Shown here piece by piece: positions 39,663 to 52,176 of a stretch of DNA of 64,000 nucleotides (its first letter is position 1; each line of letters begins with the position of its first letter). The translations under genes and the position numbers were made by a program. Location: positions 24,196,477-24,260,476 of the forward strand of contig NC_068995.1 of the NCBI RefSeq assembly GCF_001194135.2, written 5' to 3'. Under the pieces are notes generated by a model that did not search any database, had not been told where the DNA came from, and was given only the letters and a program-made list of their open reading frames with translations. This DNA is from Octopus bimaculoides. Taxonomy: Eukaryota.

Positions 39663-40863
39663 GGTTACATAAACAATTGGTGATACCTATTCTGAATAAT
39701 CGATTTTTTTCTATAACTCCAAGCTTTTCAAGTCTATCCAACAATTGATTTGATTTAACGCCACGATAGGTACAGCTCGCTTCAGTTTAAATACCGGTAC
39801 AGCGTTCTCTTTCGCTTGAAATTTTACTTTTCTCTTGGTGCACCTACCTAATTCTTCAGAAGAAAAAAAGAAAAACAGGAAAAATCTTTTTTAATTTTTT
39901 TAAAATCCTCCGTTACCTTATTTGAACTGGCGTAAGAACCATTTACATTATTACAAAAATATTTATGGTGAGGTCCCATAAATTAAATAGTTCCATCCAG
40001 TCTGTGCCAAATAGATTTGTCGTGTGTTTTAATACAAAAACTTTGGCTTTCAAAGTTTTTCCACAAAATGTCACCACACTTATCATTTCGCCCAAAATTC
40101 GCAATTATTGTGATGTCACTACCTGTGTCCAACTGTAGTCTCGTATTCACATTATTTATTTTTATGGAAACAAATTTTCTTTTTTGAGCCTCGCTTTGCA
40201 TTTGTGTTGACAATACTTTTTTCCTCGAATTTTTTTCGTTCAACCTTTTTTGTTTCACCCAACAATGTGAATTCTTATGTCCGGATTTTCAACCTGCAAA
40301 ACATTTTAGCCTTTTAAAAGGAAATTTTCTTTTAAAATGTATTTCTCTACACCCATAGTATGGTTTCGGTCTTGACTGTTGTTTTTCTTTTTTCTTATCT
40401 CTTATAGGTCGATATCTATGAATATTTGAATAATCTTCTTCAATTTTTTCTGCGTCCTGTCGTAAATTTATAATCCTTCGGCATTCTTCGGCCACTACCT
40501 ATAGAGTTAGTTTCGAATTTTGTCCTAGTTTTGTCAATATCCGAGCCCGTATCTCTGCATCTTTGTTTGCAATTAATCCTTGTTGACATTTGAACATGTC
40601 CGGGGTTAATTTGTTCAGTTTAAATTTTTCGCATTCTCTGTTTACGATTCTAGCATGCGAAATCTTCAGTTTCTTTTATCTTATTTTTCTATTTCTTTTC
40701 TTTCTTTTTTTTTGCAACTTCAAGCACTCCCAGCGAATGTTAAATAATGAACTTCTTTCACTGAATATTTTAGATAACAGGTTAATTGTTCATTATTTAC
40801 ATTGTTTACATTGTTTACATTATTTACATTTGACAGATATTTGTCCTCATCTTGTTTGTTGTT

Positions 40864-40909
40864 AACACAACGTTTCGGCTGATATATCCTCCAGCTTTCA
40901 TCAGGTGTC
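40864..40909 (-). ncRNA. Minimal type I hammerhead motif (GUU triplet)
   Basis: GACAC-CUGAUGA-A-AGCUG(loop)CAGCC-GAAAC-GUU-GUGUU; A.C mismatch at the base of stem II. Confidence 0.62.
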
Positions 40910-40976
40910 TTGGGGAAATTTCGAACCTGGCTTCTCATTCCGAAGGTATGAGAAGCCAGGTTCGAAATTTCCCCAA

Positions 40977-41022
40977 GACACCTGATGAAAGCTGGAGGAT
41001 ATATCAGCCGAAACGTTGTGTT
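40977..41022 (+). ncRNA. Minimal type I hammerhead motif (GUU triplet)
   Basis: Identical to the opposite arm; CTGATGA at 40982-40988, GAAAC at 41010-41014. Confidence 0.62.
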
Positions 41023-41578
41023 AACAACAAACAGAATGAGGACAAATATCCGTCAAATGTAAATTATGTAAATAATGTACATAATTCCTCATCTCTTAAA
41101 TATAGAACAGGTTAATTGTTTCCTCAAAACAAATTTCGAATGGTTTTCTCGACAGGATATAATTACAATACTTTTCATGTTCTGTGGGGGATAATTTCCT
41201 TAAAAGAAGTCGTACCTTCTTTTCTTCCGTCCAGTTTCTACATACTTCCTTGAAGATTCCTTTATACCTTCTGAAGTATGCAGAAAACGTAATCCCTTCT
41301 TCTGCATTGTAAGTAAATTCTTCAATTGAATTAGCAACCCCGTCTGCCGAAAACAAACCTGAAGTGTTTTTGGACGGCAACAATAATTCCAACAATTGTT
41401 GATTTTGATGTTGTTGTAGCTGTAGCTGCCGTTGCAACGGTTGCTGCTATTGCTGTTGTTCTTCTTCTTGTAATTGCCGTTGCAACTGTACCACAGAAGC
41501 TAATAAGTCTTCCATGCTAAGAACGTCCACAATGAGCTTCGAATATCACATCTCTACTATCATACCCTTGAGTTGGGA

Positions 41579-41707
41579 TATAGACTACACTGTAACAGTG
41601 TTATAACGCTACAAAAATTAATTCAGTAACAAACACCTAACAAACTTATATCTCTTCTCAACGACTTCTACGACTGCCTTCGCAAACGCGACTACACACA
41701 CCACACT
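41579..41707 (-). repeat. 5' LTR of Gypsy element, inner portion (outer portion 43614-43701)
   Basis: First ~90 bp nearly identical to 38669-38760. Confidence 0.85.
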
Positions 41708-43603
41708 GTACAAATTATTTAAGCACTCAGGCTTTTACACAGAGGGGACAGCACAAGGACAGACAGAACACCACAGTGGGGACAAAAACCACAAAACAAA
41801 TGAAAATGGGGAAAATGTTATATAATAAATGAAGATGAAATGGCTGCATGAGTCCCACTCCCATGCAGTACCATTTGAACATTCCGACATACAATTTATA
41901 CTCTTTTCTTTTTCCTTTTGTTTTTTCAATTAGTATCGTTTTTTTTTAAGGAAATTTTACTTACTCTTTTTTTAGTAGGTCAAATATGGTTCTAATTCTC
42001 TATATTCCATCAATGGCAGCAGTTCGTCAAACTCTACCTCAACTTCTGGTGGATCAATATCCCTTCCAAACATTTCCTTTAACCTGTTATACCTCTTTGT
42101 CTATAATAATTGCTTTCACATTTTCCGTGTAAATCTCCGTAGGCAACTTAACCCATATTATGGATTTAAACTTCGTTATCTTTTTTTCTATCGCTGTGCT
42201 CTTGGCGTGTCACGAAATTCCACTTATGCTTCTTCGGCTTTCTCGCTTGTCTGTTTTTTTCCTTGCTCCACTCTTGGCGCCTTCACTCTGTCTTTATCCT
42301 CCACCATTTTAGTTAGTGTCGCTGCTTCACTTTCATGCTGTTGTCTCTCTACACCGCCCAAATCTTCCTCCTCTGCTTGTATAGCTAGTACCTTTTACTG
42401 TCTCCTCTTTCTTAAGCTCTTCCTCGAGCTTCTCAAGCTCTTCCTTGAGCTTCTCGAGCTCCTCCTGAAGTTCCTCTGCAACCTCTTTCTCAACCTCCTT
42501 ATCCTCGTCTTTTTTTTCTTTTTCTTCCTCTCCGGTGGAGAGCTTACCCTTTCTTTTCTTTTTCGTTTTTTAACCACTGTGAACTCTTCCTCTGTTATTA
42601 CCGTCTCTTTCACACCATCTTGTACCACTTCGTCCACCTTCTCTTGATCTTCAGACTGTTCCATCTGTTGTTCCTCCTCTCTCTGGGGCACTTCGCCTTC
42701 ATGTGGCCTTTTTCCCCGCATTGTTAACATATAGGAGGCCTACCCTCCACTACCACTCTCAGCCTCACATCCTCGGGTAAAACTATTCCCTTCGCATTTT
42801 TGTTTAAGTCTCTCAAACTTGCTTGTATGGCCATCTCTATGCCATAACCTCAGCAATTTAACCTTTTGGTTCTCGTCACTCTCAGTATTTTTGCGTCTTC
42901 CTCCATGTTGAACATTATCGCTGCTACCAACCATGCTTCAGTTATTTCCCAGGGTACTTTTCCTACTCTCACCCTGGCAACACGCTTACCACAGTACGTT
43001 GACAAAAATACCAATTCTTCCGTCTTTATGGCTACAGTAGAGTGCTTTATTGCTTCGTCTTCAGTTGTGAATCGCACCTCCACTGTGCCATACTTTCTTC
43101 CTCTTGTGATGAAAGTGGTGAACTTTTTAATTTCTTTTAGACACTCTTCAATGGCTTCGATAGTTGCGATTTCAATTTTTTATGACACTTTCAGTGCTTT
43201 GTATATCACAGTTCTTTTTCTTACACTATTTGTTAGTTCATCTGGTGGCGTTAATTTTAAAGTATTGCCTTCTCTTTTTAATAACTTTTCGCACTATTTT
43301 AGCTTCTTCGATTGTACCTTCACCTCACGAACTTCCAAAGCAAAGAGTTCACTCCTATGCCAGTTGCTGCCACATAACTGTGACCTTTTGCTGGTACTGG
43401 TGCCATTTTTCTTCTATTCTCAGGTTCCCCCATAAATGGGAAGAAAACAAGCACAAATCAACAAACTCGTATATAAAAACAGCAATTTCAACAATCAACA
43501 ATCGTAGGTACACCCACGAGGGGAGATCTTCAACAAATATACAATAAGAATTATACTATAACACAACTTACTTCTACGGAATCACAAGAATTTTAACCAG
43601 AAA
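41708..43603 (-). mobile_element. ORF1-only LINE-like (Tx1/L1-type ORF1) insertion in the 5' LTR
   Basis: 10-bp direct repeat ACACCACACT at 41698-41707 and 43604-43613; decayed ORF1 from ATG ~43406 with RRM-like EVRFTTEDEA and knuckle GRPPIC*QCGEKGHMKAKCP; no ORF2 recognised. Confidence 0.75.
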
Positions 43604-43894
43604 ACACCACACTTTACCTCGCACTGTCAGTACGCATGCGCCTTTATAAGGTTTAGGACAGTTCACTTGCTATCCCACAGGGGTGTCAGGATTACACCAC
43701 AACAAGTATTGACGAAAAGGTGTCATATAAAAGTGCTATGAGCAAAGACAGTGCGACTAGAGAGTATTAAGCAAGGATATAAAAATATAACAATCGGAAT
43801 TTTCGTCTGAAACAAAACAAATCACACGGTATATTTACTAGTAACAACGGAGATATTAAAACCAGTTGTTTTCTAATATAGATACAGAGACTTG

Positions 43895-44068
43895 AAGTTT
43901 GGTGGGATGGACTAATCGATTACATGCTGATATTTATTTTATCGATTCCCGAAAGAATGAATGGCAAAGTCAACCACGGCGGAATTTGAACTCAGACGGT
44001 AAAGACAGACGAAATGCCGCTAAGCCTTTTGTCCAACGTACTAACGATTTTGCCAGCTCGCTGCCTTG
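43895..44068 (-). mobile_element. SINE family A
   Basis: Reverse-complement match to family A. Confidence 0.85.
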
Positions 44069-45617
44069 ACTTCCACTGAAATATTGAAATCAATAATCTC
44101 TATATCAGAAATAAAGACTGAAAGGAATTGCTTAACAACTGTTCAGAAGATTTTTTCACAGTCGTATCGTATCACTCAGAAAGCATCAGCTAAACAACAG
44201 CTGCAAAGACAAATTCATAAGTGTTCAAGAGAACAAGGTCTTACGTCTCGGAAGTGAGACATTCAAGAAGCCCAGATATCAATGATATTCCACGCCACCA
44301 GAGAAGCCCTGGACTAGTATTCTTAATCAAAGGCAAGAAATGGAAACATTCAGCATACTAAAGTAAAATTATACATGGGTGAGTTTCCTGTAAATACGTT
44401 GATGATAATTTTGAAAAAGAAATATAATCTCCCTTAGACATTGACTATTAAATCAGCTTTTATAATCCTTGAACAGTAGAGAGTAACAAAATACCTGGTG
44501 AAGAAAAGAGACTGTGAAGTACTTAAAAGCCCAAAATGTGACCGAAAATATGTATTGTCTTATATGTTAAAAATATTATTAAAATATAAACAGTTGCCGC
44601 CAGCTTTATCTTCCGATACAGCAAGTTATTTTTGTTAAAACAGTTAACTATCTGCAGGAAAAGTTACACTACTAAAAATAGAGAAAATATTTCTCAAGTT
44701 GAAAATATACATACGTTTCAACGTAAGAAATCTGGAAAATATTTCCATCGAAAAAAAATGCTAAATGTAAATATAACTCGCTTGGTGTACTTGTTTCAGT
44801 TAGAAATGAAGAACTATATAATGTTATCGGAGTAAATTTGTGGAGTGGATATGAAGTTTTTCTTTCAAAATCGAGGAGAAATATACTTGAACGACTACTT
44901 CCGAGAGCTTCTGTATCCAGCTTATGAATTTACTTTTCTAGCCATCATTATTGGTCATATTACTAAATGTATTAGTAATAATCCCGAAAAACTGGGATTA
45001 ACACTCAAAGAATGTAACCAGTTAGCGTGTACTGTTCAAGATTGATCTATAAGAATAAAAGGGAATATATTTAAGGCGTTTTCTAAAATTCAACATGTAT
45101 AACACTTTATTATTGTTGTTATCTAAATCCTAGGTTTGTTCTTTGTTAAAAATTAACAGGGAATATTCAAAATTTTAAAAAAGGAATAACGTACATACAT
45201 GCTTACAGATCCGAACACAATGTATTCTTGTTTGTATATATACATATACAAAGGGAAAAGTATTGACAAGCAGATATACATACACACATATATACATACG
45301 TCATGTGTGTGTATGAGAGAGTGTGTGTGCACGCATGCGTGTGTGTGTGCACGCATGCGTGTGTGTGTGTGTTATGATTAAAGAGAATTTAATTTTGTAA
45401 ATAATTCAGTCTAAAATATATGCTAATGTCAATTGTACACAGATACCATTATTTTCCTAATAACTTTATACTATTCTTTATAAATGTTACACGTTTGATA
45501 ATAATTCTTGATTTTATATTCTGAATAAAACCATTCCGAGCATTCAAATCGAAATATTTCTATACTTTAATTGGCAAAGAAAGAAATACAGAAAACAACA
45601 TAACAAATGAAGTTTAC

Positions 45618-47010
45618 CTGTTTTGAGTGTTGCTAACTTGAAAGAATCTCTATTTTGTGAACTCCACAACTGTGACTTAACAATTGCTATTAATGAGTAG
45701 ATATTATTAGGTGGAATGTTCAAGCTTCCAACTCTTCAGGGAATTGATAAAAAAATCAGCAAAACAGCTAACTTTTACAGCAACAATTAGGAATGAATTG
45801 TCATTTGCCTCTTTGGAAATTCACAGTCAATCCACTGATTTTACTGAGAATTAAGCAGCTTTAAATACCTAAAAGCGTATTCAAAGCTGTGATATTGGAG
45901 TATATTTATGTTCCTATCCGAAGCACTTTTACATATATCAAAACCTCTCGTTCTTAAAAGAAAAAAACCATAGTTACTTGAAAGAGTCATTATGTTAGAG
46001 AGATCAGTTCTTTTACATTTCTTCATAACAGAATTAACTGCTGCCAATCTGCTCGTGGATAAAATAGAAATGTTTCTTAGAGAAAGCTATTGTTGATAGG
46101 GATAGGCTGACGTGCGAGCTTTATCTCGTATATTCACGAAATGTTGAGAAATCCATAACTTGTTGACAGATAACAGCAAGATTTGGATTAAGAACTGATA
46201 ATCATCGAACAACACGGCTTTCCTGATAATTTCATTTGATCGAAATTTAAACTCAAAGAAGTGATTCAAGTAATTTTCAAAATTTGAAATCATTTACACT
46301 TGTTCCTCGTCATATGCAAGTCCTCTACCTCCGTAATAGATTATTTTCTCAAAAGAAATCTGTAAGACACCAGTTCTATTCTTAATAGTATTAGAGGCAT
46401 ATGAGAAATTCATACAAACGGTCTTTGGAACTGGATCATTAATTAAATTGGCCTTCATAGTCATGTGTTTCGTTAATGGTTTCGTTCTCTAGATGACCTA
46501 TGGGTCATCAAAAGATCTTCAGCATTAATTGAAGTAGAGTATGAAGAGGTCAAAAGTTCGCACAGTGAAGTCACCATTTCAATTCAATTCGAGTCTGAAA
46601 ATGTTCTAACATAGTATAAAGTACCCCTAACTAACGAAGCTATTATCACATCAACAGTTCTTTTTGGTATCCATAGTGAAATTAGTTAAGCCTCGCCAGA
46701 AGGATATGTACAAAAGTTATATTCTCTGAGACAGAAACCATGTGACAGACCAACCGCGAAAGTAAACTACATATTACCACTGAATGCCATATACACTGAA
46801 TTGCGAAATTTTCTTGGATTAGTGGTAAATGATAAGAAAGGCAGATTTAATGCATTCTTTTCCTCGAAATTTACTTTACACTTTGTTAATGAGTCATATT
46901 TCAGTTTTTCGTCTTTTGTTTTTCTATCGTTTATTAATCTCATTCATAAATTGGTATTTAAGCGTTGTTTTATATTATGCATTAAAATTCTGACACTTGG
47001 AGAGACGATT
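45618..47010 (-). pseudogene. Decayed large coding exon of unknown family
   Basis: Long stop-poor frames (about 225 codons with 3 internal stops; about 170 codons with about 4) in very AT-rich DNA, ending at a CAG|GTAAAC donor. Confidence 0.45.
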
Positions 47011-47699
47011 AGTCACTAAATAAATGCTGATGTATTTAAATATTAGTCACTTTGTTTAGAATGAAATATTATTTTTATAAAACATTACTTGTCTCTAACT
47101 GCATTGTTTAACTCTTTAAACACTAATACAGTGTGCAAATGGTATTCAGTTACCAGAACGAACTAAATGTTAAATGTACTATTACAGAAATCATTATTTT
47201 AAGTAGAATCCCCACTTCATTAACCTCATTGATTTCAGATATTGTAGACGCTAAGTTATAACCGTGGTAGTGACTGTGATGCAACATAAAATTCTTTTAT
47301 TATCTAAGAGTAGATTTCAATTTACAATTCAAATGGAATTTGTTTACAATGGTTTTAAAGCTTGAACGTAAAATCACAACTTTCAACTTTCTTAAGCTAA
47401 TATTTACAATTTATATTAAGTTATTACATTGACACCCAGTGTCAAATTTACAGAAGAAATAATATTACAACATCGATCAGATTTCCAATCAACAAGTCGA
47501 AAATCAATATGAACTACGTAGCGCTCTTCAATCCCTATAAATATGCCTACAGTTCATACTGTATCATTTGCTATTCATATTCAGATATATTTTCACAGGG
47601 CCTTATTTTGAAATTGTATGAAAAAGTGAGTTACTTATATATACATGTGTGTGTGTATGTACATATACACAAACACGCACATACCCACACACACGTGTA

Positions 47700-47751
<52 letters not shown>

Positions 47752-47895
47752 AAATGCTTATCGCCACTTCAACATGGCTATTCCGTCAGAACTGACGTTA
47801 CTACCATTTTAACCCTAGGAGGACGCCTCCTCCAGCTAGTTATTCGATGCAATCTGCACCTGATATATATTGCAAGCAGGAGGGCGAACACCTAC

Positions 47896-47967
47896 CATCT
47901 TCCACCGACTAATCGCCAAACCGTTTCGAGCTCTTTGTGCCCATCCTCAGTGGTGGATACTCCTCCG
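47896..47967 (-). CDS. Candidate 72-nt exon (phase 2-2) of unidentified host gene
   Basis: Acceptor ctactgctatctttag, donor ATG|GTAGGT, GC-rich, only one frame open: GGVSTTEDGHKELETVWRLVGGR. Confidence 0.5.
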
Positions 47968-50900
47968 CTAAAGATAGCAGTAGTTCGCTCCAACTCGCAA
48001 TATATAGAAAATAAGTGACTACTAGTCACTGATATTGCAAATTAGCAAGTTAGAAAATATCTATAAGAGATGTAAGTGATAACTATCCTGAGAAGTATAG
48101 TTACTACATGAATTGCAGGAGCCTTAATGACTGAATAGAATTTGGCCAACTTATTTTTCCTACAATCTGTAGTTAATGTTTGCATTGTTAAAATCTCAAA
48201 TGCATTTCAGTAATGAGGTAAAATTACTTCTTGCGGAAAGGAGTGAAGTTTTAGATAGAGACGGGCCATAAGACGATTAACCTTAACCCCGACATCTTAA
48301 ATATTCAACGCACATCCTGAAGCACGTGTAAGGAGGAAAATTTTAATTTTCATCTCCCACGATCTGATTCCAAAATTGATTTGGAAACATCATCTTACAG
48401 ATTGAGCAATTTCATAATACTGATGAAGCATTTTTACTTTACTCCACATGTAATAAACGCTGTTTAACTAGATATTGTATGATCTATTCATGTTTCAAAC
48501 CACCGTAATGAAATTAAGAAATAAACTATATATATAAATATTGATATAACGAAATTAGACGATACTGCCGTGGGAAAAACCGCCATGGGTTTCTTTAATT
48601 ATACTTCTATAAAATATTTGATTATTTTTATTTATTTAATGAAGTAATTAATTAACTTGTGCAACTTCTTTAGAACATTCTTTCGTTACACATTGACAAA
48701 TAATTCGTTTAAAAACAAAATTAAAAATCGAAAAAAACATGTATTCTGTAGGGAAAAAAGAGAAAACTAGAAAACGGATACTAGGTTTGAATTCAGTACA
48801 TTAGAAATATATCGAAACAGTCTCAAAATTTCTTGACAGCAAAAATTAGATATTTCTTCTCAATACTATATTTCCTCATAATAACATTTGCTACTTTAAA
48901 AACAATGTAGAGAAATCAATAGCATTCTGAAGGTAACAACCTTAAAAAGGCCTGATGGTGGTGTTATATAAAGAATGAAGTAACATTATTTTTCTCCAAA
49001 ATTGGGCCTGAAACATTTTAAGTGAAATTTTTCACATTTTTGGTTATTTATATCAATATCGTTATTTTTATTCGTTTTTGTATGTTTTACTTGTGTAAGC
49101 ATGCTCCATTTTTTAGGGTTTTTTTTATATGCATCGATATAAAAAAAATTGACTGGGGACTATAAAATGTTGTCTACTATAAGAGCAAGTGATTATGCTT
49201 TCCTTTTAAGTCACTGCCTTCAATATATTTTTAGGTAATATCTAAACAAGATCTCCTATTCTTGCTTCTTTACGCCATACCGTGGCTAATGATCTCACGA
49301 AACTCTCTGATATAACTCTAGGGGAATATAAAAATATAAAAAGTGACTACGCTTAAATATAAGAAACTACTATATACTTCCTGACATTTATTAAAGCATC
49401 CCAGCATTTTATCTTCCTCTAACAGAGTAATGTGAAGGTATTTTTAACCACATATAACGCCAAAAGTGCTATATATTGGATGGCTAAGAGTAACTGTTTT
49501 TCGTTCAATAGTGTATAGTGAGATAAATAGTTACCTAAATATCTTGATTTCTACTGATGTAAAGTGGTACATATCAGGGCCATTTCTTCCGTTTGTTGAA
49601 TTCACATTTACGTATAATCATCGATCTCATCACCTCTTAAGTCATTGGTCATTCATAGTGAACTTCGACTGTACTGTCTAGACTCATGTGCCTCCATCTA
49701 AAATATAGTTACTGGCATATATTTAAGCATCCCATCTTACTGAATTGCACTAATAAAGCCCTCTGGGGATATATTTACTGATTTTGTAAGACAATTATCA
49801 TTCCTTCGTATAATATTACTGAACTAACAAACCTTCACGAAAATATGTCTTAACAATACTTTGTTGATCTTTTGATGCTGAGTAATTCTTCTAGATGTCA
49901 TTATTTTCAACTGGAACACGACAGCCTGTAATAAAATACATTGTAATACAGTTGCTTATATAAGGGCTGTTTTCCACCTTTATACAAATGAGGTTCCTTT
50001 AGCTGTGTTCACATATATAGATAGAAGTATTTAGCTCTCACGAGAGATGAACATGAAATATATACGGCTGATCAAGAATTATATATGTGTAACCAAATAA
50101 AATTTGTGATACGAAATATAATAGTAATCTCTTCAACAGTTTGTGGCTTCGAATTTCAATCTAATAGTGAATTACAATTACAGTAACGCGAAGAATTTTC
50201 CTAATGCAATAAGATATGAATTAATTGACAACTCATACAAAATTTTAATACATAATTTAAAATAAAGATAACTTGTTCATCATCGTCCGTTTAATTTATG
50301 ATGATGCGTTGTGGCAGGTTGTGGAAATGATCGTGCATCACGATTAAGGAGCAGCGACGACGATGGTTCGGAGTCGATTTAGCAGACCAACCAGACAGTG
50401 AATTCGTGCAATGTCATCTAGTTGTGCCAGATAATCCTGTTACCCACTCTATTTCTGGATCCGTTCTAGTAAATGTCAAATTATGGACTTCCATTTTACT
50501 TCGAAATTTTTTAATTTAGGTGATTTAAATTAAGATCTATTGTTGAATATGATTATCTTGGGTGTTCATTTAATTGCAAAAGTTTCACATACACGTAATA
50601 TAAGCACTACTAGCATCTCCCGTGAAGTAACTAGTAGAAATTATTCTGTAGAACAATACTTCGTTCATCTTGTTTAGAGAAATTTAGCAAAATTCTGAAA
50701 GCATAGGAAACACTGGTCGTAAATTATAGAGTTGCATTCAACGGCCTGCAGCTCAGTATAGAGGACTGGAAAGGTTGGGCGGTTCAGATACTGCGCAGTA
50801 TCTATGATGCAATCAGCTTAAGTTTTCATACCATATTTCTGCCAAAGAAGAAAAATATGCAAAGAATGGAAGGATTTTCCGAAATAAAATCGGTATTAAT

Positions 50901-51348
50901 AATTGATGATGTCTTGTGCTTCAAACCAAATAGTAAGGAAAGAGTAAGCGGTGGTACACATTAAAACAGATGAAGCCGAAGACAACAACAACAAAAAAAA
51001 CATTAAAAAAAGATCAAATAAGAAGAGATGATTTTGATGTTGCTGATGATAATGATGATGATGAGAATTACAACGACGACAATGATGAGAATGGTGAGAA
51101 AGAAACAATAAAAGCAACAATCGCAGCTACATAAACAATGAAAGAGAAACAACGATAGGAAAAATATAGAATAACAACAACAAAAACAGGAGCAAGAAGA
51201 ATGGGGAGATAAAAATATAAAGAAAACAAAGGGAATAAAAGAGAATCAATGTAAACAAAGAGGGAAAATGAGAGAATAACAAATAAGATCAAAGACGAAT
51301 AACAATGAAGTGGAATAAGGTGAATATTAAAAAAAATGAAACGTTCTC

Positions 51349-51428
<80 letters not shown>
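51349..51428. repeat. (AGT)n microsatellite
   Basis: Direct inspection. Confidence 0.95.
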
Positions 51429-51429
<1 letters not shown>

Positions 51430-52142
51430 CAACAGCAGCAGAAGTTGCAGCAGAGGCAAAAGAAAAAAATATAACCATGTAGGAGAGAAGAAATTAATAA
51501 GTGAAATAATATGAACAACCGGTGAGTGAAATAAGCTGTTTTGACAGTGTGATAATTGTGGATATGTATAGTTTTTTCCTTGTTCGCTGGCAGCCATTTT
51601 TACACATAATGAAGTTTGATCATAGATGTTTTACCTTGTTACAGAATGATCTAAAGTGTCTGCATTGTGTTGTTAGCTTTCTCCGTCATATTCCTTATTA
51701 CCTCCAAAACTCTGCAAAATATGAAGCATGCTTTCAAAAATCGTACATTATTACCTGTATGTATTCAAGTATGTGCATTTAAGGGGAGATACTTTCAATA
51801 AATTAAGAGTTTTCTTGCATGGTATTTGCTAATTCATCCCTTTCTTAAAATACATGCGACAGGCCATTCTCAATTAATTGTCACAGCTCATTTTCGTTTC
51901 CTTTATGCAGATTACCTAAGCTGTTCGACCCCATTTTCTATATTTCTGCATCTAAATGCTTCGTTGTACTGGAGATAAGGGAGAACAACTATTGTGCTGA
52001 TGAAATCTATTGAGGTAGAAACACGTACACACACCAGTCCTCTTTTCTCCAAAAATGTCTCCGCCTCTCTGGAAGCAAAGATAGCTTCAATCAGCCAAGA
52101 ATTTACCTTTTATGTTATTTAATACGCCTTTATTCGTCTCTC

Positions 52143-52176
<34 letters not shown>

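Larger units (their letters stand above)
40791..41105. mobile_element. Fold-back (inverted dimer) of the family C body inserted in gag
   Basis: ~125-bp near-perfect inverted arms around a 9-nt loop (40939-40947); 15-bp direct repeat AACAGGTTAATTGTT at 40776-40790 and 41106-41120. Confidence 0.9.
39665..41515 (-). pseudogene. Gypsy gag-protease-RT N-terminus pseudogene
   Basis: SIEEFTYNAEEGITFSAYFRRY..KVRLLLRKL..ETINL|LSKIFSERSSLFNIRWECL; two decayed CCHC knuckles; LQLDTGSDITII; LDRLEKLGVIEKIDYSE*VSPIVYV. Confidence 0.9.
38669..43701 (-). mobile_element. Ty3/Gypsy LTR retrotransposon (K02A2.6-like), internally deleted, with three nested insertions
   Basis: Related LTRs at both ends, PPT AAAAAGGGGAGA before the 3' LTR, gag/CCHC/protease/RT-start/integrase-end remnants, candidate 4-bp TSD ACAA (38665-38668, 43702-43705). 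Confidence 0.9.

Noticed and set aside
40813-41078. CRISPR-like or rho-independent terminator reading of the palindrome
   Set aside because: Eukaryotic context, no spacers, and the arms match a dispersed repeat at 34.6 kb.
42207-42647. Plus-strand 146-aa hydrophobic ORF
   Set aside because: Antisense shadow of the Lys/Arg/Glu-rich part of the minus-strand ORF1.
50786-50803. Perfect 18-bp palindrome AGATACTGCGCAGTATCT
   Set aside because: One such palindrome in 64 kb is compatible with chance; no supporting context.
51993-52035. CTGATGA...GAAAC-AC-GTA hammerhead-like string
   Set aside because: A.A mismatch at the base of stem II, weak stems, 2-nt stem III loop and no second copy; likely chance.
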